From Spirochaetota bacterium (GTDB lineage Bacteria > Spirochaetota > UBA4802 > JAFGDQ01): a stretch of DNA of 38,218 bases. Every line of letters starts with the position of its first letter. Position 1 is the first letter of the stretch. Shown one piece after another: positions 37,938 to 38,218 of this stretch. The stretch covers positions 1 through 38,218 of the forward strand of contig JAZDKB010000052.1 in assembly GCA_043803405.1 (NCBI GenBank), written 5' to 3'. The notes below the pieces were generated by a model. The model was not told the origin of the DNA. It saw only the letters and a program-made list of their open reading frames with translations, and did no database searches. The position numbers and the translations under genes were made by a program.

Positions 37938-38218
37938 AATATACTCCGGAAGGAATCTCTATGTTAAATTGTAATTTGTTAACTTTAAATTTTAATCAGA
38001 TTTTCATTGAATTTGTTTTATCAGGCGGATTGATCTTATCATTAAATTTTCCCGATTCAGAAATCGCCAGTATTTATATCGTCAGTTGATTATCATTTAA
38101 TTAGTGTTAACAGAAATATGCAAACAATTTTTTTATATTAAAAGTATATTTAATATAATAATTTTTAAATTAGTTTTCAAGATATTTTTTTTAGGACATT
38201 AATATTATTATTTATATT

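Noticed and set aside
1..38218. CRISPR arrays, tRNA/rRNA genes, transposases, prophage genes
   Set aside because: I saw no regularly spaced repeats, cloverleaf or rRNA signatures, or such ORFs on manual reading.

Overview
AT-rich bacterial chromosomal window, most consistent with a Leptospira-like spirochaete. This is an inference from the hisB-hisH-hisA block, a dcw cluster without murB/ddl, a DNPR-type MurE and kdsB. Most of it is housekeeping: hisBHA, the dcw cluster (mraZ-rsmH-ftsL-murE-murF-mraY-murD-ftsW-murG-murC-ftsQ-ftsA-ftsZ), radC, amtB-glnK, PTS EIIA-ruvB, kdsB, an M16C peptidase, DUF501, a nitroreductase, a GNAT, a STAS protein, DUF167, two c-di-GMP enzymes and a HigBA-type toxin-antitoxin pair. 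Several signals lie beyond the ORF track. A ~180-nt 6S-like RNA (7521-7699) has its own sigma70 promoter and runs directly into an unknown protein with a divergent CheW-like C-terminus. An Omp85-barrel protein has lost the HExxH motif of its metallopeptidase-like domain. A small MITE-like inverted-repeat element sits between convergent stop codons and has a second partial copy. The toxin transcript appears leaderless, with a palindromic operator. The dcw cluster has MraZ boxes and an intrinsic terminator between mraZ and rsmH, and an FtsQ with a signal-peptide-like N-terminus. The PII protein lacks Tyr51. No rRNA, tRNA, CRISPR array or intact transposase was seen.
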